A program made the position numbers and the translations under genes. From the IMG/VR virus record IMGVR_UViG_3300028797_000012: DNA of 64,000 nt, one strand, 5' to 3'. Under the pieces are notes generated by a model, which did not search any database, was not told where the DNA came from, and saw only the letters and a program-made list of their open reading frames with translations. Each line of letters begins with the position of its first letter. The first letter of the stretch is position 1. Of the stretch, positions 19,658 through 29,723 are shown piece by piece. The DNA comes from an uncultured virus (IMG/VR IMGVR_UViG_3300028797_000012) (Duplodnaviria; Heunggongvirae; Uroviricota; Caudoviricetes).

Positions 19658-21521
19658 CTAACAGCCCGTCCAGTCTTTGTGGGCGGCGTGGTAATTCGCG
19701 TTGAGCCGTTTGTATTCGGCACGAGCTTCCTCGTCGTTCATGCTCCGCCGCGCTGGGGAGTTGAGGAACGCTTCCAGTTCGGCATCCGCCTTCATGAACG
19801 CCATCAGCGCACGGTGCCGTCCTTCTGCGAATCGGACGGTCACAAATGCGATGGGTTTGCTGTTCCTCTCAGTCCATTCGAGCGCCATGTCGAAGCAATC
19901 GCTTTCGAGTCCGAACACGGCGTTGTATCCGCACGTCCCCTCGTAAACGATTTCGCCCGTGTCGTAATCGTTAACCACGACCATGACCTCGGACATGACC
20001 AAGTCTCGCAACTTCATGGTTTCCTCCTTTCAAAGGAAAAGCCCTGTTCATCGGGGCGTTTCATGGTTCGCGTTTCGCGCCGTGCGGGCTGGGTGGACTC
20101 CCTTCTAAGCGAGTTCCAGCCATTCCTCATAGGCTGCCTTGCTCCTGTTCCTGATTTCGAGGTACGCCGCCGCGAAGATTTTCGTGTGGTCATGCGTCCA
20201 TTGGCCGGATTCGCGCAGGGACACCTCCGCGATTTCGAATTCGTTCCAGTCGAACTTCGAGCCGTCGAGCACGCCCCACCAGTAGGCGCGCTCGTCATCG
20301 CGGTATCCGTCCAGCTCATAGGCCACCAGCTCGGCGGTCATGCGCTTCAGGATGGCGCGTTCGCGCTTCCTGTAGCGGTGCTTCGTGTCGGCCAGCCATT
20401 CGTGCGAATGGCAGACGTAGCGGCGCGTCCTCGGGTTGATGAGGTCGTATTCGTCGCCGCCCTTGAACTTCGCGTAGTGCTTCATGGTTCGTCCCCTTTC
20501 CTAGACCTGGGTTACCTTGCCGTCCACGTATGCCATCTGCGCCCTCATGGTTTCCTGGGCGATGACCGCGGCGACGTCTTCGAGCTTCGATTCGGCGATG
20601 GCCTGGTAGTGAGTGAGGTTCTTTTTCTCAGAACCAGTTCGTCTCATGTATCCGTGCTTGTCGGTTCTTCCGTAGATGACCAGCATCTTCATGGTTACCT
20701 CCAAGGGTCGATGTTGATGGTGTCTTCGAGGTCGCATACGCGACCATCCATGGCGAGTTCGAGGTCTTCGCCCTCGATTCCAGCGGCGAGCAGGGCGCAC
20801 ATGATTTCGCGCTGCATGGTCGCTGGAAGCATCCAGATGTACCGGAGCATGGTTCCTCCTTAGTACGGGTGCCCGCAGTTCACGAGCACATCCCAAATCA
20901 GGGGCAACAGAAAGGCCGCCACGTAGGCGGCCGCTAACATCAGGTTCGTCTTCATCGTCGGCACCTCAGCAGATGCCGTACTTGATGGACTTCCACGCGC
21001 CGCTTCGCGCCTTCACGCTGATGCGATACGTGCGGCCACGCTTCATGGTCACCGTCCAGACGCGTGGACGGTGCTTCGTGACTCTGACCTGCTTTTTCGT
21101 TTTCAGGTCGGTCACCTTCAGCTTCGCCTTCGCGTCGCCGCAGCAGGTGATTGTCGCGACATAGGACTTCGCGCCGCACGGGTTCGCGTCGTCCACATAG
21201 GGGAGCGACACGTTCGCGGCCTGCATGTTCGTTGCTTGCAGGGCTTCGGCCTTCGGTGTTCCTGCGAGCGTCAGGGCGATTACGGCTGCGACACATGCAG
21301 CCAGTACGATGATTCGCGTTTTCATTTCGTACCTACCTTTCGTTCTCGTTCGCGTACATCAGGCGAAACGCCTGCTCAAGCCCATCGTCGGGCTCGACTT
21401 CGAACCAGCGGGGGGCGGGTTCGAAAGCTTCGAAGTTCGTTCCGTAGGCGGCGATTTCGCTTTGCGCCGTCTCGTTTGCGACTTCAACCATCGCCAACAG
21501 TTCGTCAATCGTCTCGTACAT
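19658..21521 (-). CDS. Seven small genes (19658-20017, 20105-20485, 20501-20692, 20695-20850, 20860-20955, 20966-21325 secreted, 21333-21521)
   Basis: Strong RBSs; 20966-21325 has a signal peptide; 20860-20955 is a 31-aa hydrophobic peptide. Confidence 0.7.
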
Positions 21522-21569
21522 GGTTTTTCCTTTCTCATCAGGGGTTTTCCTTCGTGGCGAGTTGCCACT

Positions 21570-22870
21570 TACATGACCTCACGCGTCTTCACCCCGCATG
21601 AGGTCAGGCACTAGCAACTCGCTACGCGTTGCATAGCGAGCGTGGGTTTACATGACCACGCATGACCTGTCACACGGTTCGCGACGCCGTTTCCGGAAAA
21701 CCGCTGCTCGCATATAGCACAGCCCACGTGGTATCGACGCAGGACATACTGCACCCGTAGTATTCGGGCATGGGTTGTGCCTTTGTCTGTCTTGACAAGC
21801 CGTGCGGCTCGTATTGCCAAAAGGTTTTGCGCGAACATAAGGCGCTCGTATCGCGTCGCTCGCGTCGTGGGTTATCGTTCGCCGCTCGTATCGCGGCGCT
21901 CGTTTCGTGGCTCAGTGACCGCCGCTTGTATCGCGGCGCTCAGCGCTCAGCGCTCGCCGCTTGTATCACGGCTCAGCGCTCGCCGCTCGTATCGCGGCGC
22001 TCAGGGATTGACCGCCGCTCGTATCGCGGCGCTCAGGGATTGACCGCCGCTCGTATCGCGGCGCTCAGGTTGCACGGCTTTTCTAGTATCGATTGATTCA
22101 AGGCGTATGGAGTAGGGTTATCCGTTGACAGGATTTGAAGCACCACAGCTAAACGGCTTTCGCGGTTTCTATTCGCTCAAACGCCGAAACCGTAGCGCGA
22201 CGCTCGCTCGTATCGCTTGCGTCGTTTCGAGCTTTGCGGCAAGTTAGTCGTATCACTTGCGCTATGCATTGCTTGCTAGCTATTCGCCGCCGTCGGTCAA
22301 AGCGTAACCGTTCTAAGCCACGTTATGACGTGGCTTTCACTTAACGCGCATTCTTGCAAGCGCTAGCAGCTTTTCGCCGCTATGCGGTCATTGTTTCGGG
22401 TATGGACTGAGCAGCCCTTAGAACGGCTTAGAATGGCCTGTTTAACCCGATTCAACGAGCTACGCCAAACGCTTGCAACGTCTGCGTTGTGTCTCCGTGA
22501 ACTGTGGATTATGGAACAACCTAGAAAGCTTTCGTATCCACTCGCAAAGCGTTGTATAGGCTTTGCGGGTTTCGGGTTCAATCGCGGCTAGTATCGCCCT
22601 TGCGATTGTGCCCACGTCCCTACTTTATCGGGGGTGACCAGCTTGCACCAGCGCGACCGTCTCACGCTGTACACGCTATAGAATCGCGTGCATTCGGTTG
22701 TTTCGTTGTGACCGTCAAGCTTGACGGCTTGCCCAAATTAGAGCCAACGAGGATGTTATAGCTCAGGCATATTTGGGCGTTTGTAGGCTCGTATTGCCCA
22801 CGTCTAGAGACTCACAGCGGGTATGAGTCCCTAGCGTATGCAATGACGGCTTAGAGACGCTTAGAGCCGC
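21570..22870. ncRNA. Candidate large structured non-coding RNA with ~15 same-loop hairpins
   Basis: No credible ORF; dense inverted repeats; loop TNGTAT(C/T/A) closed by different stems. Confidence 0.6.
21981..22069. repeat. 32-bp tandem repeat (~2.8 copies), each unit a hairpin
   Basis: cgccgctcgtatcgcggcgctcagggattgac at 21981 and 22013, partial at 22045. Confidence 0.95.
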
Positions 22871-22877
22871 TCAGAAG

Positions 22878-24278
<1,401 letters not shown>

Positions 24279-24348
24279 TTCTGTTCACCCTTTCGGTTGT
24301 TCGCGCTGTGGCTTGCGCTGTGGTTTATCGGGAGTGCCACGGTGAGAC

Positions 24349-24482
24349 AAGGTAGCACAATGTCTAAAGGCGTTTAGAATTCTGGGGCTTATCGTGTGGT
24401 CTAAGTGCGTTTAGACTTTTGGGGCTATCTGGGTTTATGGTCATTCTGTGGTTTAGATGTGAATTGCTAAACGGGTTTAGAC
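24349..24482. promoter_or_regulatory. Extended -10 promoter (minus strand) with three palindromic operators
   Basis: Minus TGcTACCTT at ~24349-24357; CTAA-N6-TTAG palindromes at 24363-24378, 24399-24416, 24467-24480. Confidence 0.65.
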
Positions 24483-24619
24483 GTGATAAACTGCGATTTA
24501 TGCGGGTTTTTCAGGCAAAACAGGCGTTTTCGAGGGGGTGAACGGTTCTCAAACGAGATATATCAATTGCAAGTTATTCAATCAACGATGATAAATCGCT
24601 TATTGTTAGGGGTTTTGGT

Positions 24620-24856
24620 ATGGGTTTTTGGGCTGTGCTTTATCAGGCGGCCAAACGTTCAAAGGTTCGAACAACCGATATAGGGCCAAAATTGGGCTTG
24701 AGCAGGGGTTTTGTATCTGCTTGCAAGACTCAAAACGTAGAGCCGAAAATATACAACGCTGCTCGATTGTTGAGCGTTTGCGGTTTCACGCTTTGCGCCA
24801 TTCCTAGCGAGAAAGTGCCTGATGATGCGCTTGTAATTGACTTCGAACGAGAATAG
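24620..24856 (+). CDS. Small HTH transcriptional regulator
   Basis: TTDIGPKLGLSRGFVS...EPKIYNAARLLSVCG; divergent from the minus block. Confidence 0.7.
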   Translation: MGFWAVLYQAAKRSKVRTTDIGPKLGLSRGFVSACKTQNVEPKIYNAARLLSVCGFTLCAIPSEKVPDDALVIDFERE

Positions 24857-24954
24857 ATTTATTTTCACGAAAGATAGTGTGACGGATCCAAGGTTTCGTA
24901 ATAACCCCTGATATTCGTTATTCTCGTTCGTGATAGCGTCGCCCTGGTGCGCAC

Positions 24955-25660
24955 TAGCGAGCGGCGAGCGAGGGGGCGAGGGGGCGAGCAGCGGGGCGAG
25001 CGAGCGGGGGCGAGCAGCGAGCAGCGGGGCGAGCGCAAGCGGCGAGCGAGCGAGCGGCGAGCAGCGAGCAGCGGGGGCGAAAGCGGGGGCGAGCGAGCGG
25101 GGGCGAGCTGTACCGAAAACGGCACAGCGAGCGAGCGCAAGCGGCGAGCAGTGGCGAGCGTGTAGCGAGGGGGCGAGCGTGCGGCGAGCGCGGGGCAAAG
25201 TGCACCAAAAGCGGGACTGTACCGAAAGCAGTACACCAAAGCGAGCGAGCGGGGGGCGAGGGTGCGAGCAGCGAGCGAGTGCTAGCGAGCAGCGAGCAGC
25301 GGGGGCGAGCGAATACCAGACAGACACGACACGCAAAGCGGCGCGAATAGTGGACGTGTGCAAGTAGTGAGCGAGTGCGAGCAGCGAGCGAGCGCAAGCA
25401 GTGGGCGAGTGAGTGCGAGCGAGCGAGGGGGCGAGCAGCGAGCGAGGGGGGCGAGGGGCGGCGAGCGAGCAGGGGCGAGCGCGAGCGAGGGGGCGAGCGA
25501 GGGGGGCGAGCGAGGGCGAGCGAGGGGGGCGAGCGAGGGCGAGCGAGGGCGAGCGAGCGCGAGCGACGAGCAGTGAGCGAGCGAGTGAGCGAGCGAGGGC
25601 GAGCGAGGGCGAGACTGTACCGAAAAGCGGACACGAGACGAGGGCGAGCGTGACAAAAGC
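24955..25660 (+). repeat. Low-complexity, almost T-free GCGAGC/GGGGCGAG tract
   Basis: Dozens of GCGAGC copies; the overlapping ORFs are Ala/Arg/Ser artefacts. Confidence 0.9.
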
Positions 25661-25860
25661 GTGACAAAAGCGGAAATCCGCGGATGACCTGGGGAAACGA
25701 TGCAAAACCCCTGATGATCCCCGAAAAACGCTCTGACCTGGGGTGATACGCCCCCCGGGTCGCCGTAACACCGTTGCGTCTGGGGGACCGGCGCGGGGAG
25801 TCAAAAAAACGCGCCGCCGCGAAAATAAATTGCACTTTTTCGGCCCGCTCCCCTCCCCTT
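25650..25860. other. Probable cos/packaging region
   Basis: Non-coding, just upstream of HNH-terS; CCCCCCGGG...GGGGGACCGGCGCGGGG; GTGACAAAAGC x2; TGACCTGGGG x2. Confidence 0.5.
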
Positions 25861-25882
25861 TTCGCAAATTTTGTATCTGTTT

Positions 25883-25897
25883 TGGTACAATATTCCA
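25883..25897 (+). promoter_or_regulatory. Extended -10 late promoter, probably giving a leaderless mRNA
   Basis: TGgTACAAT, 6 nt, then ATG 25898; no SD sequence. Confidence 0.6.
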
Positions 25898-26227
25898 ATG
25901 GCTAGGGACTTCGCGCGGGATTTCTACCACGGGAGGCCGTGGAGGACGGTCCGGGACTCGTACATGCAGGAGGGTTTCGGGCTTTGCGAGAGGTGCCTGA
26001 GCTTGGGGAAATACACCAAGGCGGAGATCGTGCACCACAAGGTGCACCTGAGCCCGCAGAACATCAACGACCCGAAGATAACGCTTGACAAGGCGAACCT
26101 TGAGAGGGTTTGCAGGGATTGCCACGCGTACTACCACCCGGAGGTGTACGGGTCCGCTCCCGCGCGCGAGCCGAGGTGGGCTTTCGACGACGATGGGAAC
26201 GTGATACCGATTGAAGACTTCAACTAA
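25898..26227 (+). CDS. Terminase-associated HNH endonuclease (HK97 gp74-like)
   Basis: FY...W...R...GLCERC...VHH...NL...CRDCH...H next to terS. Confidence 0.88.
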   Translation: MARDFARDFYHGRPWRTVRDSYMQEGFGLCERCLSLGKYTKAEIVHHKVHLSPQNINDPKITLDKANLERVCRDCHAYYHPEVYGSAPAREPRWAFDDDGNVIPIEDFN

Positions 26228-26531
26228 GGTAGAGAAGCTTGCGGCAGAGAAGTACGCCCAGTACAAGCCCGTGTTCGGGGAGGGGCTGGACGCCTTCACG
26301 AACGAGATTCTGAGCGGGTTCTGCATGACGTGCGCGCAGATCGAGGTGCTCAACGAGGAGATCGCGCGCGAGGGGCTGGTCATCGAGACCGAGAAGGGCC
26401 CGAAGGAGAATCCCAAGCTCAACATCGTGCACAAGCGCGAGACGGACAAGGCGCGCGCGGCCACGTACTTGCGGCGCGTGCTGGTGGACAACGGCTCGGA
26501 CGAGCCGAGCATGGCGGACGATTGGAGCTAG
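26211..26531 (+). CDS. terS: Terminase small subunit (P27-like)
   Basis: EEIAREGLVIETEKGPKENP; position after HNH; TTG start. Confidence 0.75.
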   Translation: MKTSTKVEKLAAEKYAQYKPVFGEGLDAFTNEILSGFCMTCAQIEVLNEEIAREGLVIETEKGPKENPKLNIVHKRETDKARAATYLRRVLVDNGSDEPSMADDWS

Positions 26532-26961
26532 GTGGCGGATACGAACTGCAAGAACTGCGGCGCCCCGGTAACCGGGCCGCGTTGCGAGTACTGCGGGACC
26601 CAGACGCGCAGTCTGCGCGATATCTCGAAGGGGATTTGCGGCAAGACGCTCCACTGCTGCTATGAGGAAGAAGGCGAGAAGGTCGAGTTCGACATCCTGG
26701 TCGAAAGCATGGAGCTCAGCTTCGATTGCGAGACCTTCTGGAACGACGGCGCGCCGTATTACACGTCTATGCCGACTTCTCACTGGCTTGAGATTTGCGG
26801 GAGGGTACGAAATGACTGGTAACAAGGGTTGCGACACCTGCGCGCACAAGGCGATCGAAGCGGTGGACGACGACGGGAAGCGCATCGTGGACTGCGCGAT
26901 CAACCGCAAGCAGATATTCTCGCCCCTGGTGGACGAGTGCAAGCGCCACCGCGCGAAGTAA
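26532..26961 (+). CDS. Two small zinc-binding proteins (26532-26822, 26812-26961)
   Basis: NCKNCGAP...CEYCG; CDTC..C..C. Confidence 0.6.
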
Positions 26962-26976
26962 CAGGGGAGAACGCTT

Positions 26977-27177
26977 ATGAAGTTTCGTGACTGCTCGATT
27001 TGCGGGTCGCACGTCGAGCCTACGTACCTAGACGTCAAGGGCCGGAAGACGCTCTACGGCGCGGAATGCGACGAGGGCCACTCCATCCCCGCCGTGTTCG
27101 GCACGAAGAACCGCGCCGCGCAGGCGTGGAACGAGTGCCAGGGGTTCGTGGAGAGGTACACCGAGGAGATGGACTGA
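26977..27177 (+). CDS. Lar-like zinc-finger protein
   Basis: CSICGS...AECDEGH...AAQAWN. Confidence 0.6.
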   Translation: MKFRDCSICGSHVEPTYLDVKGRKTLYGAECDEGHSIPAVFGTKNRAAQAWNECQGFVERYTEEMD

Positions 27178-28157
27178 TGGGTTCCGTGCTCTTCGTCTCA
27201 CAGAACAGGCTCGGCCGCTGCGAGAACCTTACCGCCGTGTGGAACGCGTACCGAGGCGAGAAGGACTTCGCACTCGGCAACGACGCCATGCGGTCAGCCG
27301 AGCGCGACGGGTACTCCGTCGTCGTCTGCGACTACCTACCGAAGCTCATCGAGGGCAAATCGCGCGTGAAGTCGGTCAACATCGGGCACGGCATCACGGG
27401 CGACAAGCTCTACGCCGCCGACGAGAAGCACAAGCCATGGTACGACCAGGCGGCATCTGACCAGATAGACTACGCGATATCAACCTCCAAGGCAGGTATT
27501 GGCATCGTGGCGAACCAGTTCCGAATCCCCCGCGCGCGCGTGTTGCCATACGGGATGCCGAGGACCGACTCGTGCTTCCGTGACGGCTTCAGGTACAAGT
27601 CGCTCGGCGGGCGCCCGGTCGACCGCATCTACCTGTACGCACCGACCTACCGCAACGGCGACGGACGCCTCCCGACTATCGACTGGACGCTTCTCGACTC
27701 GCTCCTCGAAGACGGCGAGGTTTTTGTCGTGAAGAGGCATTACTTCACCAAGGGGCCGCTGATGGGGGAGCGCGGGCACGGCTGGTACAGGCACGTGATA
27801 GAGGTGTCGCCCGATGAGCCGTCCGAAGCGTACCTGCGCTCGTGCTCCGTGCTGCTCACCGACTACAGCTCGATATTGTTCGACGCATACCTGTTCGGCA
27901 AGCCGAGCGTGCTAGCGGTGGACGACAAGGACGTTTACCTGAGAAAACGCGGCATGTACTACGACTACCCGACGTTCTACAGCTCGCGGTGGATATCGGT
28001 CGAAGGCAACGAGGAGCGCCTCGTGCTGGCGCTTCGCGAAGCGGCAGCGACGGGCATGCGCGCCGTCGAGAGGCGGTGCGTCGCAACCGTGGCCGGCGCA
28101 TGCGACGGGCACAGCACGGAACGCGTATGCGACCTGATAAGCAGGCTGGCTGACTAA
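27177..28157 (+). CDS. CDP-glycerol glycerophosphotransferase (TagB/TagF family)
   Basis: GHG, GMPRTD, YLYAPTYR, KRH, LLTDYSSILFD..LFGKP, DGHSTER motifs. Confidence 0.85.
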   Translation: MGSVLFVSQNRLGRCENLTAVWNAYRGEKDFALGNDAMRSAERDGYSVVVCDYLPKLIEGKSRVKSVNIGHGITGDKLYAADEKHKPWYDQAASDQIDYAISTSKAGIGIVANQFRIPRARVLPYGMPRTDSCFRDGFRYKSLGGRPVDRIYLYAPTYRNGDGRLPTIDWTLLDSLLEDGEVFVVKRHYFTKGPLMGERGHGWYRHVIEVSPDEPSEAYLRSCSVLLTDYSSILFDAYLFGKPSVLAVDDKDVYLRKRGMYYDYPTFYSSRWISVEGNEERLVLALREAAATGMRAVERRCVATVAGACDGHSTERVCDLISRLAD

Positions 28158-28169
28158 GGAGGCACCACC

Positions 28170-28901
28170 ATGAAGCACGCGCTCTACTCTGGCACGAAGA
28201 ACATCTACGGCGACATGCAGACGGCGGCGAAGTCGCTCATCGCGAACTCGGACGTCGACAAGGTCTGGATGCTGACCGAGGGCGACTACGACTGTTGGCT
28301 GCCGGATTTCTGCGAGGTCGTCGACGTGAGCGGCCAGGAGTTCTTCCCGAAGACGTCGCCGAGCATGAGGACGTCGTACTCCTACCTGGCGCTCATGCGC
28401 GCGGCCCTCGCGCTCATGCCGGAGCTCGCCGACGTGGACCGCATCCTGTCGCTTGACGTGGACACCATCTGCGTGCGCAGCGTCTCGGACGTATGGGACA
28501 TGCCGATAGACAACTGCTACTTCTCCGCGGCCCAGGAGACGGCGACGAAAATCAAGAACATGCTCTACTGCAACACGGGCGTGGCCCTCTACAACCTTGA
28601 GAAGCTCCGCGACGGGAAGGCAGAGGAGGTCATCTACGCGCTCAACGAGCGGCTGTACCCGAACATCGAGCAGGACGTCTTCAGCTTCCTTTGCTGCGGC
28701 CACATCCATGACATGCCGAGTGAGTACAACTGCACGCGCTTCACCAACCCGACGAACATAATCCGCATCGAGCACTTCGCCGGGTACAAGACCGAGGACT
28801 GGCGGAAGCGCTCGATCGTCGACGAGTACCGCAAGATGAGCTGGGACAGCGTCCTTGAGCTGCACGAACGGGCCATAAAGAAGGCTCACAATGGCAAATA
28901 G
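28170..28901 (+). CDS. Glycosyltransferase family 8
   Basis: RILSLDVD (DxD), YCNTGVALYNL, EQDVF, YN, IEHFAG. Confidence 0.88.
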   Translation: MKHALYSGTKNIYGDMQTAAKSLIANSDVDKVWMLTEGDYDCWLPDFCEVVDVSGQEFFPKTSPSMRTSYSYLALMRAALALMPELADVDRILSLDVDTICVRSVSDVWDMPIDNCYFSAAQETATKIKNMLYCNTGVALYNLEKLRDGKAEEVIYALNERLYPNIEQDVFSFLCCGHIHDMPSEYNCTRFTNPTNIIRIEHFAGYKTEDWRKRSIVDEYRKMSWDSVLELHERAIKKAHNGK

Positions 28902-29526
28902 CCTGATGGTGAGCGTGCCGACGTTCGACAGGTCGATCAAGGCGGCGTGCGCCGAGGCGATAGGCAACGCGATCGAGCACGCCGAGGTCAACGCCCCGTG
29001 CGAGCTCGAAAGGGTGGTCCACCGCTACGTGAGCGGCTACGACGTCGCACGCGCGCGCAACGAGATGGCGCGGGCTGCGCTCGACGACCAGGTGGACCTC
29101 CTCTGGATGGTGGACTCCGACGTCGTCGTCCCGCCCGACGCGCTCACGCTGCTGCTGTCAGCGCAGCTCGACGTCTGCATGGGCTTCTACGTCCGCGGCA
29201 CAGACGACGGCGACCTCACGAGCTTCGTGAGGCCCGGCACGGTCGGGAACGACGACTGCTACAGGGCTTCGGAGCTGCGTGAGCTGCGCGATAAGGGGGT
29301 CCACCTCGCCGGGGCCAAGCGTGGCGGCATGGGCTGCGCGCTCATAAGCACGAGCGTGTTCAGGCGGCTCAAGCGCCCGTGGTTCGTGTTCCGGGATTAC
29401 GCCGACGGCAGCGGGCTCGGGGAAGATTACCACTTCTGCGCAGCATGCGCGGAACGCGGGATAAAGCTCTACGTTGACACGCGCGTGGGGTGCGGGCACA
29501 TACACGACAGGATATTGGAGGCATGA
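28891..29526 (+). CDS. GT-A (GT2-like) glycosyltransferase
   Basis: ARN, WMVDSD (DxD), GMGCALI, PWF, GEDYHFC, VD..V.CGH. Confidence 0.85.
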   Translation: MANSLMVSVPTFDRSIKAACAEAIGNAIEHAEVNAPCELERVVHRYVSGYDVARARNEMARAALDDQVDLLWMVDSDVVVPPDALTLLLSAQLDVCMGFYVRGTDDGDLTSFVRPGTVGNDDCYRASELRELRDKGVHLAGAKRGGMGCALISTSVFRRLKRPWFVFRDYADGSGLGEDYHFCAACAERGIKLYVDTRVGCGHIHDRILEA

Positions 29527-29723
29527 TGGGCGAGAAAATCGGCGAGGTCGAGGTCGGCATCGCGGTAGACACCGAGCAGGTCGACGAGGCTATCGAGAAG
29601 TGCGGTGAGTTGTCCGAGGTCATGGGCGAGTTCTCGCCGCAGGTGGTTATCCGCAATTGCCGAGACTGCACGTTCAACATCTACCCGTCGCGCACGGTCA
29701 TAAACGAGCAAGTTGGCTGCTAA
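29523..29723 (+). CDS. Small hypothetical protein
   Basis: GGAGG RBS, ATGA overlap. Confidence 0.55.
   Translation: MMGEKIGEVEVGIAVDTEQVDEAIEKCGELSEVMGEFSPQVVIRNCRDCTFNIYPSRTVINEQVGC

Noticed and set aside
21530..21545. Hammerhead ribozyme (minus CTGATGAG; also CTGATGA at ~25711)
   Set aside because: No stem II followed by GAAA and no flanking stems I/III
21754..21768. Rolling-circle origin (loop TAGTATT resembles the circovirus nonamer)
   Set aside because: Lacks the following AC, no HUH Rep in the window, and it fits the wider hairpin family
21981..22069. CRISPR array
   Set aside because: Units abut with no unique spacers and there are no cas genes in the window
24659..26512. 617-aa and other long ORFs over the GCGAGC tract
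   Set aside because: Stop-free only because of low-complexity composition; Ala/Arg/Ser/Leu/Pro repeats with no recognisable domain
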